Shown: one piece after another, positions 39,061 through 50,803 of the stretch | Position numbering within the stretch: position 1 is the first letter of the stretch | How the letters are laid out: each line of letters opens with the position of its first letter | Notes under the pieces: model-generated | The model's input: the letters and a program-made list of their open reading frames with translations, nothing else | Databases searched by the model: none | What the model was told of the DNA's origin: nothing | Source: Octopus bimaculoides | Lineage: Eukaryota | Assembly: GCF_001194135.2 (NCBI RefSeq) | Contig: NC_068992.1 | Span: 41,623,554 to 41,679,199, forward strand | Reading direction: 5' to 3' | Length of the DNA stretch: 55,646 nt | Translations under genes and position numbers: made by a program

Positions 39061-39617
39061 AAGGCCTGATTCAGTGCCAGGCTGTGACTCTCATGGCTTC
39101 AGATCTTAATTGATTGGAAGTGTTATCATGTACATTGTTTTGTCTTGGTATAAAAGATGGCCTACAGCAAATATTCTGCTCAATACCACAGATTTGCTTG
39201 TCAGTTGTTTGACCTTAACCAGTTGAGCATGTCCCTTGCTGGCTGACGATATGTGTATCTCTGATCATGAGCAGCAGTAGTGGGAAAACATCATAGCCGT
39301 GTGTTGGGAGGAATTCTTTGGGGTTTGGATAATCCCTCTTTGGAAACAAGGGTGTTTCGTTCATCATCCTTAAACAACCCTTATTCAGGGACCTTTTTAG
39401 CGGATGGGTTACTCGACCTGAAGAAAATTTTTAAATGGGCCTTCCCTGCAAGGTCATATGCTGTTTATCTTGATATGAGATCACCATGTCACGCACATGT
39501 GCTTGTGATGCCTGTTCTCGTTGCATCCTTATCAGGTGTGTATTCATGATGAGTATACTAGGCTTTGTGTATTTCACACCAGTACGACTGTAACTGCATG
39601 CAATGCTCTCTCACTAA
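39061..39617 (+). mobile_element. (TAA)n-tailed non-coding retroelement / LINE 3'-end family, longest copy
   Basis: Colinear with 37591-38065 and 21741-21970. Confidence 0.75.
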
Positions 39618-39626
39618 ATAATAGTC

Positions 39627-39843
39627 CTTTCTACTATAAGCATAAGGCCTGACATTTTGTGGGAGGGCGCTATTCGATTACATCGATCCCATTGTTTCAC
39701 TGGTATGTAATTCATTGATCTCGAAAAGAATGAAAGCAATGTCGACCTCGGCTGAACTTTAGCTCAGAACGTAGAGACGGCGGAAATGCTACTAAGCATT
39801 TAACCTGGCGTGCAAGAGATAGATACTGGCAGCTCGCCGCCTT
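39627..39843 (-). mobile_element. Nin/Deu-like SINE, near full length
   Basis: GAATGAAAGCAATGTCGACCTCGGCTGAACTTTAGCTCAGAACG...TACTGGCAGCTCGCCGCCTT. Confidence 0.7.
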
Positions 39844-39903
39844 GATAATAATAATGATAATAATAATAATAATAATAATAACAACGACAACAACAATAAT
39901 AAA

Positions 39904-39940
<37 letters not shown>

Positions 39941-40611
39941 TTTATTATTATTATTATTATAACGATGATGATGATGATGATGATGGTAGTGATCATGATA
40001 ATTTTTTTTTTGCCAAAAGGTAGAATAATGTTAGTATTGATAATGACAAAACAACAATTATAAGAACAATAACAACGACCACAAACAATATGATTTAAAT
40101 AAAAATGAAATATATAAAAGATTGAGAGGAATCAATATATAATCAAAATTAGATGTTTCTGATGTACCAATATTCAATCAATAGATGATCTTCTATTTCT
40201 TCCTCGATTGATAGATAGATGTTAGAAAAAACCTAGTCTGTATTCGTTTATGTTTTTAGATATAATTTTGTCGTTTCATGAGGCTATAGAGAAGTGCATT
40301 TCGTTGTAATTTCAAAACCAATTTAGAGGAATCCAAAAACTTTTCCTAAATTTGGGTGAAGACAACTAATAAAGAGCAGAAAATGCTGATAAGTTTAACA
40401 AAATGATATTCTACACGACGACGATCCGTGTCACGAATCATGTATCGCATATCGCGTATAAAATTGTAAAGTATATTTTAAGTTCTGTGAACTTACAATT
40501 GTATGTACTATATGTACACACACGCAAATAGGTATACATACAGGTACATGCATACGTATACATACATACATACAAACATACATATATATATATACAAACA
40601 CACACATAAAC

Positions 40612-40664
<53 letters not shown>

Positions 40665-41544
40665 GCAGATAAATAGATACGAATGAATGTGTGTGCGTAT
40701 GAGTATTCAATACCATAAATATTTCCAATGAAACAGCCGATGATGGGATATAGAATGTTTATTTAGAAAACATTTCTTGTTGTGTTGTGCAGTTGTTTCA
40801 GCGCCCACACATTTTGCTTCTTTATTTTCTGTAGTTTTATAATCTTCAGCAATTCAATATTATCTCCTACTGTAGTTTGAGATGCGTTTGGCTTCTTCTA
40901 TTGCCTCTTTCGTGCCTAAATCTAACATTAATGGTTTTCTGTTATCTGTTTATTTAATTTCTTCAAGTGATTATGAGGGCTATATATCTAATTGGATCTA
41001 AACCACAAGATGTAGTCATTCAAAGTAGAAAAAAATCTTTCTGAACATACAACATGCACACACACAAATGCAGACCCAAAAGCTTTTTCTCCTTCATGCA
41101 TATTAATACACACACATGCACACACAATTATTTGTTTGAGTAAATGTGCCTGTGTCCCGTTCAAGTTGTTTTCTTAGTAGAATATGCGAAAACAAGTGAT
41201 GAATCATACAATATATGTGCAATTCAAATTCATTTGTCTGTAGAAATCGTTGGAAATGTCCGACTGAAATCTTATATTTTCCAACCTTTTCCAGAAAAAA
41301 ACCAATTGCGTGTTACTGTCATTTATACATTTTTGTAGTTTGAAACTATACAGAATAAGTTTAACTGCTGCCAAATGCTATGATAGAATACCTCAACGGT
41401 TTCAATGTGCGGACACCGATTCTTATATAAGGCATGTTAACAGAATCAATACCGTGTTTGGGAGTGAAACATGCAAATACTTGGTAATGAATTATTCTCA
41501 TCAGTCGCTGATATTTTCTAATAATAATAATGATGATACATTCT

Positions 41545-41741
41545 ACTAAAGGCGAAGGGACTGATTTTTTGCTGGTTTTGGAGGGGAGTAGTTGTTTGCA
41601 TCGACAACAGCGTTTTACTGGTACTTGATTTATCGACACCGAAAGGATGAAAGGCAAAGTCGATCTCGACGGAATTTGAACTCAGAACGTAGCTACAGGT
41701 GAAATGCCGCTAAGCTAACGATTCTGCCAGCTCGCTGCCTT
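41545..41741 (-). mobile_element. Nin/Deu-like SINE, near full length
   Basis: TTTATCGACACCGAAAGGATGAAAGGCAAAGTCGATCTCGACGGAATTTGAACTCAGAACG...TTCTGCCAGCTCGCTGCCTT. Confidence 0.75.
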
Positions 41742-41806
41742 AGTAATAATGATAATAAAAAATAAAAAAATAATAGTAATGATACCACCCCTTAAATTAA
41801 CGTAAG

Positions 41807-41865
<59 letters not shown>

Positions 41866-41934
41866 GTTGTTGTTTGTTTTGCTTTTTTCTTCTTTGAATC
41901 CATAATCAAAAACATAATCAAAAATATATATAAT

Positions 41935-42160
41935 AGGCGCAGGAGTGGCTGTGTGGTAAGTAGCTTGCTTACCAACCACATGGTTCCGGGTTCAGGCCCA
42001 CTGCGTGGCACCTTGGACAAATGTCGTCTACTATAGCCGCGGGCCGACCAAAGCCTTGTGAGTGGATTTGGTAGACGGAAACTGAAAGAATCCCGTCGTA
42101 TATATGTATGTATATATATATGTGTGTGTGTGTGTTTGTGTGTCTGAGTTTATCCCCACA
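41935..42160 (+). mobile_element. tRNA-derived SINE with CORE-like motif, runs into a gap
   Basis: A box TGGCTGTGTGG (41946-41956), B box GGGTTCAGGCCC (41988-41999), CACCTTGGACAAATGTC, microsatellite tail. Confidence 0.8.
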
Positions 42161-43873
42161 NNNNNNNNNNNNNNNNNNNNNNNNNNNNNNNNNNNNNNNN
42201 NNNNNNNNNNNNNNNNNNNNNNNNNNNNNNNNNNNNNNNNNNNNNNNNNNNNNNNNNNNNNNNNNNNNNNNNNNNNNNNNNNNNNNNNNNNNNNNNNNNN
42301 NNNNNNNNNNNNNNNNNNNNNNNNNNNNNNNNNNNNNNNNNNNNNNNNNNNNNNNNNNNNNNNNNNNNNNNNNNNNNNNNNNNNNNNNNNNNNNNNNNNN
42401 NNNNNNNNNNNNNNNNNNNNNNNNNNNNNNNNNNNNNNNNNNNNNNNNNNNNNNNNNNNNNNNNNNNNNNNNNNNNNNNNNNNNNNNNNNNNNNNNNNNN
42501 NNNNNNNNNNNNNNNNNNNNNNNNNNNNNNNNNNNNNNNNNNNNNNNNNNNNNNNNNNNNNNNNNNNNNNNNNNNNNNNNNNNNNNNNNNNNNNNNNNNN
42601 NNNNNNNNNNNNNNNNNNNNNNNNNNNNNNNNNNNNNNNNNNNNNNNNNNNNNNNNNNNNNNNNNNNNNNNNNNNNNNNNNNNNNNNNNNNNNNNNNNNN
42701 NNNNNNNNNNNNNNNNNNNNNNNNNNNNNNNNNNNNNNNNNNNNNNNNNNNNNNNNNNNNNNNNNNNNNNNNGGTCAGTCGTGAGCTTTTTCACGAGAAT
42801 GTCTGTGTATACTGTTTTTAATAGTGCTAATCTTTAGTCCCAATTTGTTTCGAGAAATTTCTTTTTTAACATTGTATATGTATTTTGGATTGTGTGTGTT
42901 GGGGGGGGGGCGATAATTTTTGGTGTTGTGTAATTTGTTTCGGACACGCTGGTGTTGTGGTGTATGTAGGGCAGTAGCTATTTGTTATGAATGTTTGATA
43001 TTGTATTGTTGCGGACGAGGAATTGGGTGTGCTGGGGCGTTTTCTCTTGTGTTGTTGATACTAATTGTGTAGGTGAACTTGGTGGTGTTGCTGTTGGTGG
43101 TGGTGGGTGGTGGTGGTGATGATGGTGGATAGGAGAGTTTCTGCGGAAATTGGTGTTTTTTTCTTGAGTTGTCTTATATTTGTAGGCGATTTTTCTAATT
43201 TTTCCTTTTCCATTTTATTCACAATTTGTCACCCTCCCTCACTGCTACACTCTATGTCCGAACGTGCCAGTTTGGGGAGAGGTATGTCTTCTATTTGTGG
43301 TGTTGTTACATGTGTCGGTATTGATTTTGGTGTGGTTGATCTTGGTGGAGATCCTGCTGCTTCTGTTACTATNNNNNNNNNNNNNNNNNNNNNNNNNNNN
43401 NNNNNNNNNNNNNNNNNNNNNNNNNNNNNNNNNNNNNNNNNNNNNNNNNNNNNNNNNNNNNNNNNNNNNNNNNNNNNNNNNNNNNNNNNNNNNNNNNNNN
43501 NNNNNNNNNNNNNNNNNNNNNNNNNNNNNNNNNNNNNNNNNNNNNNNNNNNNNNNNNNNNNNNNNNNNNNNNNNNNNNNNNNNNNNNNNNNNNNNNNNNN
43601 NNNNNNNNNNATAATAATAATAATAATAACAACAATTGTTCTGAATTTTGACACGAGACCAGCGGTTTTGAGGGTAGGTTGTAAGTCTATTACTTCAGCC
43701 GCATTAATTGTGTGGTACTTAGTTTTAGCGACATAAACAATATTGGATAGAAGAAAGACAACGAAGACACCGGAGGAAGTTGAACTAAGAACATATTGTG
43801 TTCGAATTGTTTGTGAAAACATTTTTAAGCTCATACACACACAAACACACACACACACACGCACACACACACA

Positions 43874-43914
<41 letters not shown>

Positions 43915-46047
43915 GCAGTATCGTCGTTAGTACGGTAGAAAAATTGGATAGTATTACCCTTAGAATAGGGAAAAAGTTGTCTACAAATAGCCATATACTA
44001 CATATTCAATGAATAATCCTTCAGGCCAGGCCAGTAGTTGAGACCCACCACCACCACCACACACAAACAAACTACCTGCCTGGCACGAAGCATTATTAGC
44101 TGAATACGTACTATAAATTCTTTCACTTGATGCGTTGTAAGCATCAGTTTTGTTCGGTTTCACTAAATTTATGTTCGCATTTCAGGATATCTCACTGACT
44201 TTCGTTGTATCTCGTTTTCACCAGTGCTACTTCAAGTATCATCACCTTAGAAGGAAATAAATGAATCGGTGGCCAAAGAAGTAGCACAGATTTGAACAGC
44301 TTTACTTTTTCAACTACATCTCTTCGGAATTATACATCTTTCGAAGAACAGACTGTCGGAAAGCAAAACCATCTCTATTTTTAGCTCTGCACGCAACTCT
44401 ATAAACGTAGAGGTCATTAAGTATTTCTGATAAATGAATGAAAGAATACCATTATATCTACTATATATATATATATATATATATGTAGAGACAGTTATAT
44501 TGCGTAAAGGACTGGCAGAAAAGAAGACACTCAATTACCTTATACTCTGCAACAAGACACGCTATATTTATGCATTTTCATTATTTTCTAGTATATAAAA
44601 GTGAAAGGAAATTTTATTAATATAGAAACCGTTTGGCTTCTAGGCAATACTATATTTAGAGTTGTCAAAGAGATTGAGAGATATTTAGCATAGTGCGTAA
44701 AGTATCAATTATGATTTTGTAATACCATAATATTTTTCTTCATAAAGTAAAGTATTACGTAATAGAACAAGGTCTTACGAAGAAAACCAAATTTATAAAT
44801 ATAGTAATATTTTTACTGATTATTCACAGAAAGAGTGCAGGAAATATGACTACTTTTTCATAGGGTTTTCACTCAGAAATTTTAACGGGGTAAACAATCA
44901 CGCCTCATTAACTATCCATAATTCTGATGATCTTGACCAAAAGACTGTATCACAGTGTATTCCATTAATGTTATGTAGAGACAAGTGAATAGTATTGTAT
45001 CCAGTGACGGATTAAGTCTTTCACTCAATTTCTTAAGATGACGGATACATTTGTGTACCGTTTCAAGTGGTGTATTCACATCAGAGCTTGGTCGATTCTG
45101 CGTATTTTTACTTCCTGTCTGCTGACACTTCCATATTGATATTCAAATTCGGTATTATATAAATGTTTATTATCTCGGGAATGTAATTTTAATTATGTGG
45201 TTATATTTTAATTTGTGTGTGTGTTTGTGTATTTACGCGAGTATTTCTGTACGATCGTATTTTGCCACACATTTTCGGTTTTATGTGTAAATTTCATTAA
45301 CGCATTTCGTTTGAAGATATGGCTGCTCTAAAGATTGATTTATCGCGGTGCATGTCTGACATTTTCAACAGAATCGTTAATATAGCCTTAAGTTATATTA
45401 TTGGATTGTGTATGTGCAGGTTTTATTGTTGATTGTGATGTCTTGTTTGCAGGGAAAAATCAATATCTCTTTTCGAAAACAATGTAGGTGACAAAGCGTA
45501 TTCTAAGGAATAAAGTGAAGGTTTATTTTTATGTCTTAATAATTTTGTACGTAGAAAAAATTGGTTTGTTTTTATAATTATGAAATTATGTACACACCTA
45601 TTGGATTATGAATGATTATGGATAATTAGGAAATATTCTACATAACGCTAGGTAAAACGTATAAATCAAATGTGTTCAAGTAGTAGAAAAATATTAATCT
45701 GTGACGTGAATGTAGACGCTCAACAAACTAGAATTAACAGCCAAATCGCCTTTCTAAAAATGGAAGGGCCTTCTAGACAATGTCCTAAATACTGCAAAGT
45801 GTGGGAATAAACATGATTGAAAGTATTTTGAGCGTGGGTTCTCTCGAAAATGGCGGACGTTAGACTAAACAATGACGTTTAAAGAATGAAAACTCATGAT
45901 ATTCTACGAAATTATTACTTTAGTTGTACGAAGGACGAGTTGTTTAAAACGAGATCGCTCCTGTTCCAGGTGCACCTGCATATGGGTGAAGCGGTATTTC
46001 TACGTCTCTATTACGAAGCACACAGGAGTTTATTTATTTTTGCTGAG

Positions 46048-46125
<78 letters not shown>
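46048..46125. repeat. (ATCT)n / GATA tetranucleotide microsatellite
   Basis: Pure run of about 19 units. Confidence 0.95.
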
Positions 46126-46204
46126 ACATACGTACATACCTGTAAGTAAGTGTCCTTTTAGCTGTGCAATACGTTGTGTATTCACTGTACACTCTGCTGC
46201 ACAC

Positions 46205-46261
<57 letters not shown>

Positions 46262-47339
46262 GTATGTATATATATATATGTATATATACAGTATATAATG
46301 ATGCTATTACATTTATTTCTTTAACCATATTAGTAATTCTGCTTCGTTTTACTGTTCAGAAAAATTATCAGTCAAAATTTTATGCTGAATTCTCTGTGTC
46401 TCTTTTCGCTTTGTATTCAATTCCCACCGAGGGGCAGCTTTGTATTTCCTTTTCTAGGTTCATCAATAAATCACAGTAGTTGATTAAAGTACTCTATCAG
46501 TGAAAACTTTCGTCCCTAAACCCAGGACTTCACTCAGTTAGAAACTATTATTACATTTCCCATTTCCCTAAAAATTGTCTTAATCTCCTACAGTTCAAAT
46601 TCTCTAATCCTTTGTGTTTTAAATTTTATCAATTATTAGAAATGTTAATATTTCCTTACATATTTTCCTCATTCTCTATTCACTCCTCCTTTGTGTGATG
46701 ATCTAAAATTTGTCTACAATCGTTCTGTTGTCAATCCCTCAGTTTACCTGTTACTGTCTTCACTATTTCTTAATGATGTCGTTCTCGTTACAAATATTTA
46801 CCTCATACATTCTCACTCATTTTACTTTCTCCAACTTTACTTCACTTCTTCACTAAACACACTGTTGTGTTCCAATGTCTCTCAACATCTGCCGCATTAT
46901 GTTACTTCATCAGCTTCTTCCTCTCCTTTCTCCCACATGGTATCAGCTTCTATTACTCCTGTCTCAAGCGCCCAAAACGTTAGAAATTGCTCACCACATC
47001 AATTGTTTAATTTACTTTTATTTTTAAACATTCATATAATATATTTTGCCAAGGGAGCCTCAGCGGCTTCTTGGAATTTAGGATCTCACACTATATATCA
47101 AACTTATGGCTGACGACTTACCGGTTGAGACAAATAATGTTCTGTCGTATGTCTATTTTCCAAGAGCATGGGACGTAATATGAGTGAGGTTAAACCGCGC
47201 TTTCTAAGTGGCCCGAATGATTATGTAAGACTGCGTCATGGGAAAATGATTAATGGAACTGTTTTGGAGATTTAACTTCTTTAGGGAGAAAGAATACTGA
47301 GGCTGCACAAATTTAGCAAAGAAAGCAAAAAACACGTTA

Positions 47340-47671
47340 GTTGAAATGGCGAAGAAATGATTTTATTACTCTAGTACGTGTTCGGAAAATTCGCCGTAAG
47401 AGATTTCGCCGTAAAAAAAAAAAGGAAGAAAAACATTCGCCGTCGCACAATTCAACGTATGGACAATGTAAAGCGTATTTTTTTAAAATAAAAAAGGAAT
47501 GACAAAAGCTTTCATAAAAGCAATAAACAGTCAAGTCTTTTATTCAACGTCAAACATTAAACAAAAAAAAGAAAAAAAAAACACCATGAAGTGATCTTAA
47601 ACGAAATTTCTTGCGGCAAATATTCCAACAGTTAAAATGTTTACGACGAAATTTACTATAACCATTTCAAC
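47340..47671. mobile_element. Possible MITE with TTCGCCGT subrepeats
   Basis: GTTGAAATGG (47340) / CCATTTCAAC (47662); TTCGCCGT x3 at 47390-47445, and degenerate inverted forms (TTGCGGCAAA, TTACGACGAAATTT) at 47610-47655. Confidence 0.35.
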
Positions 47672-48349
47672 AGTCAGTGTCTAAATCACTAATAAAGAAC
47701 AGAAAACTTATTAAAAACCTACAATACAGCGATAAATACATAACACTATCTCTCTCTGAGTTGTAAATGCTAATCTCCCTCCACAAAGTCACTAAATAAG
47801 AGCGCTCTAAAGCCATTTGATCGACTAGAAATGGAGGTAAATTAATCTGAGGGAAATCGTACCCTGTTGTCTTGGAGAAGATGAAAAATATTTTAGTCAC
47901 TACAGTCCTAGCCACACTCTATAAAAGTAAGTTTGGATTGTCGTGGTTGGAATGTATGCGAATGTAGGTCCACTCAAGCAAAGCAGATTTTTGGATAACT
48001 AACAGCTGCAACAACAGGTATTGATTATATTATCAAATATCAGAAGTTATTGACAAAGATTCTTAAAATAAAACCATTTTTTTCTTTACGTTTCTACATA
48101 AGAAGCGGAAATGTGCAAAACGTGACCGAAACTGAAGATTTTCGAAGACATTATATTAACAATTAAAATCTAATTTCTGGAATGATTAACCAGAATCCCT
48201 ACGAGACACATACATCGTATATATTTGTTAGGCATCTACATAAAACTGATTTTCAATTTCTGTTCAGAAAATACGACACGTTTGTTTGAAAGAATGCAAA
48301 TACAGGACGGATGTTTGAATGTCACACGGAACATAACAACGAACTGTGG

Positions 48350-48467
48350 CTGGCATTGCTGCTGTTGTTGCTGCTGCCACTAGTGTCGGTGCTGCTGCCG
48401 CTTCTACTCCTACAGCTGCTGCTACTAGTGTCCACTGGCGCTGCTACCGCTAAAACAACCTGTTCTA

Positions 48468-48501
<34 letters not shown>

Positions 48502-48534
48502 AGCTAGTACTACTCCTACTACAGCTGCTGTTAA

Positions 48535-48568
<34 letters not shown>

Positions 48569-48570
48569 GC
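48350..48570. repeat. Mosaic GCT/ACT trinucleotide low-complexity tract
   Basis: Alternating (GCT)n and (ACT)n blocks in one phase. Confidence 0.85.
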
Positions 48571-49127
48571 ACTTGCTCCATTCCACCCTCTGTTTGTATT
48601 TCTACTCCTAGGTGGGCTCTGACTAAGCAGATGTGGATGGAAAACTTACCAGTCGTGAACATTTCGCCAACTGAATGAAATGTGTCTTTTCTATTCTATT
48701 TCAATGGTTTAATTTGTTACAGATTCTGTTTCTTCTTCTGGCAAATCGTGTAGAAGTACCGTCATTGATTGGAATATCTGTTGTAAGAAGTGATATTTCG
48801 GGTTCAGAGTCGTTTATCAACTTTCATATGCTCTCTTCATTTTACATGGAATCAAAGAAAATACTTTAGTCTTAGAACTTAGACTAAAGTCTATCATGAG
48901 CTCGGGAATTCCTAAATCCGGATCATAATGCTGTTTCCATGACATATAATCAACTGAGATTACGACGAACCACTTCTGCCGTCCCCGGGTTAATATCCCA
49001 GTTGAGAGGACAGAATCAATGTGAAAGGAAAAGTTTTTACAATTGTATATTTAAGAGATGAGAAATTATGTACATTATTTACATTATTTACATTTGTCGG
49101 ATATTTGTCCTCATCTTGTTTGTTGTT

Positions 49128-49173
49128 AACACAACGTTTCGGCTGATATACCCTCTAGCCTTCATCAGGTGTC
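49128..49173 (-). ncRNA. Minimal type I hammerhead ribozyme motif (minus copy)
   Basis: GACAC-CUGAUGA-A-GGCUA[gagggtatat]CAGCC-GAAAC-GUU-GUGUU; one mismatch in stem II. Confidence 0.6.
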
Positions 49174-49220
49174 TTGGGGAAATTTCGAACCTGGGTTCTC
49201 ATTCCTAAGATATTTTTCGA

Positions 49221-49286
<66 letters not shown>

Positions 49287-49480
49287 CATTACTCAGGTCC
49301 CTGCCTAGAATCAAACTCGGAATCTTGGAGTTAGTAGCCCACAGGCATATGGCGTAGGGGTTAAGAGCGCGGGCTACTAATCCGAAGATGCAGAGTTCGA
49401 TTCCAGGCAGTGACCTGGATAATAATAATAACATCGAAAAATACCTTAGGAATGAGAATCCTGGTTCGAAATTTCCCCAA

Positions 49481-49526
49481 GACACCTGATGAAGGCTGGA
49501 GGGTATATCAGCCGAAACGTTGTGTT
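49481..49526 (+). ncRNA. Minimal type I hammerhead ribozyme motif (plus copy)
   Basis: Stem I GACAC (49481-85) / GUGUU (49522-26); core CUGAUGA (49486-92); stem II GGCUG/CAGCC; GAAA (49514-17); stem III is only the palindrome ACGU; predicted cleavage after 49521 (GUU). Confidence 0.7.
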
Positions 49527-49784
49527 AACAACAAACAAAATGAGGACAAATATCCGTCAAACGTAAATAATGTAAATTATGTCGGAAAAGTTTTGTTGAA
49601 GAACATCACACGCTGTACGGTTTCGGGAATCGAAGTCACAATAGTAATTATGGCAGACACATACTGACTGTTATTGGTTTTCTTGGTGCTTACACAAAAT
49701 GTCCCAATGATTGCGAATTTTCAAACGGGAAAAATGTTACCCTTAAATGAAAGTAAATAGAAAATTCCCATTTTCATAACTGCG

Positions 49785-50390
49785 CTCTTCTCTTTCCCTT
49801 CTCACCACTATTTCTCTTCACCCTTTTCCTCACTCCTTCTCCTCACCGTCGTTTCTCCTCTCTCTTATCCCCTTCTGTCCTCCCTGTTCTCCCCTCCTTT
49901 TTCTCCCCTTCTCTCCTCCTTTTCTCTTCACTTCTCTCCTCCCTTTTCCCTCCCCTTCTCTTCTCCCGCTTCTCTCCCCTTCTCTCCTCCTCTTCTCTTC
50001 CTTCTTTCCTCCCTCTTCTTTCCTCTTTCTCTCTTCCCTCTTCGCTCCCTGTCTCCCCTCCCTCTTTTAGCCCTACTCTTCTCCCTCTTCTCCCCTTCTC
50101 TCCTCCCTCTCCTCCCCTTCTCTCCTCCCATTCCTCCCCTCCTTTTTCTCCCCTTCTCTCCTCCCCTTCTCTCCTCCCCTTCTCTCCTCCATCTTCTCTC
50201 CCCTTCTCTCCTCCTTCTATTCTCCTCTATTCTCTCTTCGCTCCTTTTCTCTCGTCCCTCTTCTAATACTTCTCTCCTTCCCCCTTCACCTTCTCCCCAT
50301 GCCCTTTCCTTTCTCCCCTTCTTCCCTGCTCCCACTCCTTCTCCTCTTTTTCTCTTCTCCCCCTTCTTCCCCTACTCCTTGCTTCTCATT
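49785..50390. repeat. ~600-bp polypyrimidine/polypurine tract with a CCCCTTCTCTCCT-type 13-bp unit
   Basis: Plus strand is almost purine-free; 13-bp periodicity is clear at 50145-50200. Confidence 0.9.
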
Positions 50391-50803
50391 ACTTGTCACC
50401 AAGACTAGTATCTCCACTTATCCTTCACAATTTATATTAATTTTCTCTGTATCTCTCTTATATGCTCTCTTTATCTCTACACATATATCGTGAAAATTGC
50501 GAGTCCAGCGATAACAAACCAACCAATAAACAAGCAAACCAACCAACGAAATTACCAAACAACCAAGTAATATCCAAATAGCTTTTTATATCAGTTTTTA
50601 TTCAAAAGAGTCACATTTCGTCATTTTAATATTTTCCTAACACAGACTTCTAGGCAAAGCTTGTAGAAAAAAAGGCTTAAGCTATTAAGCGATCCCAGCA
50701 TTTGCCTATTATGTTATTGACTCGCAAAAGGAAATCTGGCCACAGTTGAATTTGAACTGAGGTTGTAAAGTGCTATGACATACGCCTCGTTCTTAATGAT
50801 TTG

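Larger units (their letters stand above)
49072..49582. mobile_element. Head-to-head inverted dimer of a tRNA-Arg-like SINE with hammerhead-bearing tail
   Basis: Arms 49072-49340 and 49371-49582 are reverse complements apart from (ATT)n length and scattered substitutions. The plus copy has A box TGGCGTAGGGG (49350-49360) and B box GAGTTCGATTCC (49393-49404); the minus copy lacks the A box. Confidence 0.9.

Noticed and set aside
48311-48622. 103-aa ORF resembling a signal peptide plus mucin-like Thr/Ala tract
   Set aside because: It is entirely explained by GCT/ACT microsatellite mosaics; there is no splice context or domain.
49345-49415. tRNA gene (also 1599-1670 and 41935-42005)
   Set aside because: A and B boxes are present but acceptor stems do not pair, and each continues into a SINE body.
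49928-50335. 135-aa Arg/Glu/Gly/Lys-rich ORF
   Set aside because: A purine-only strand cannot form stop codons, so the ORF is a compositional artefact.
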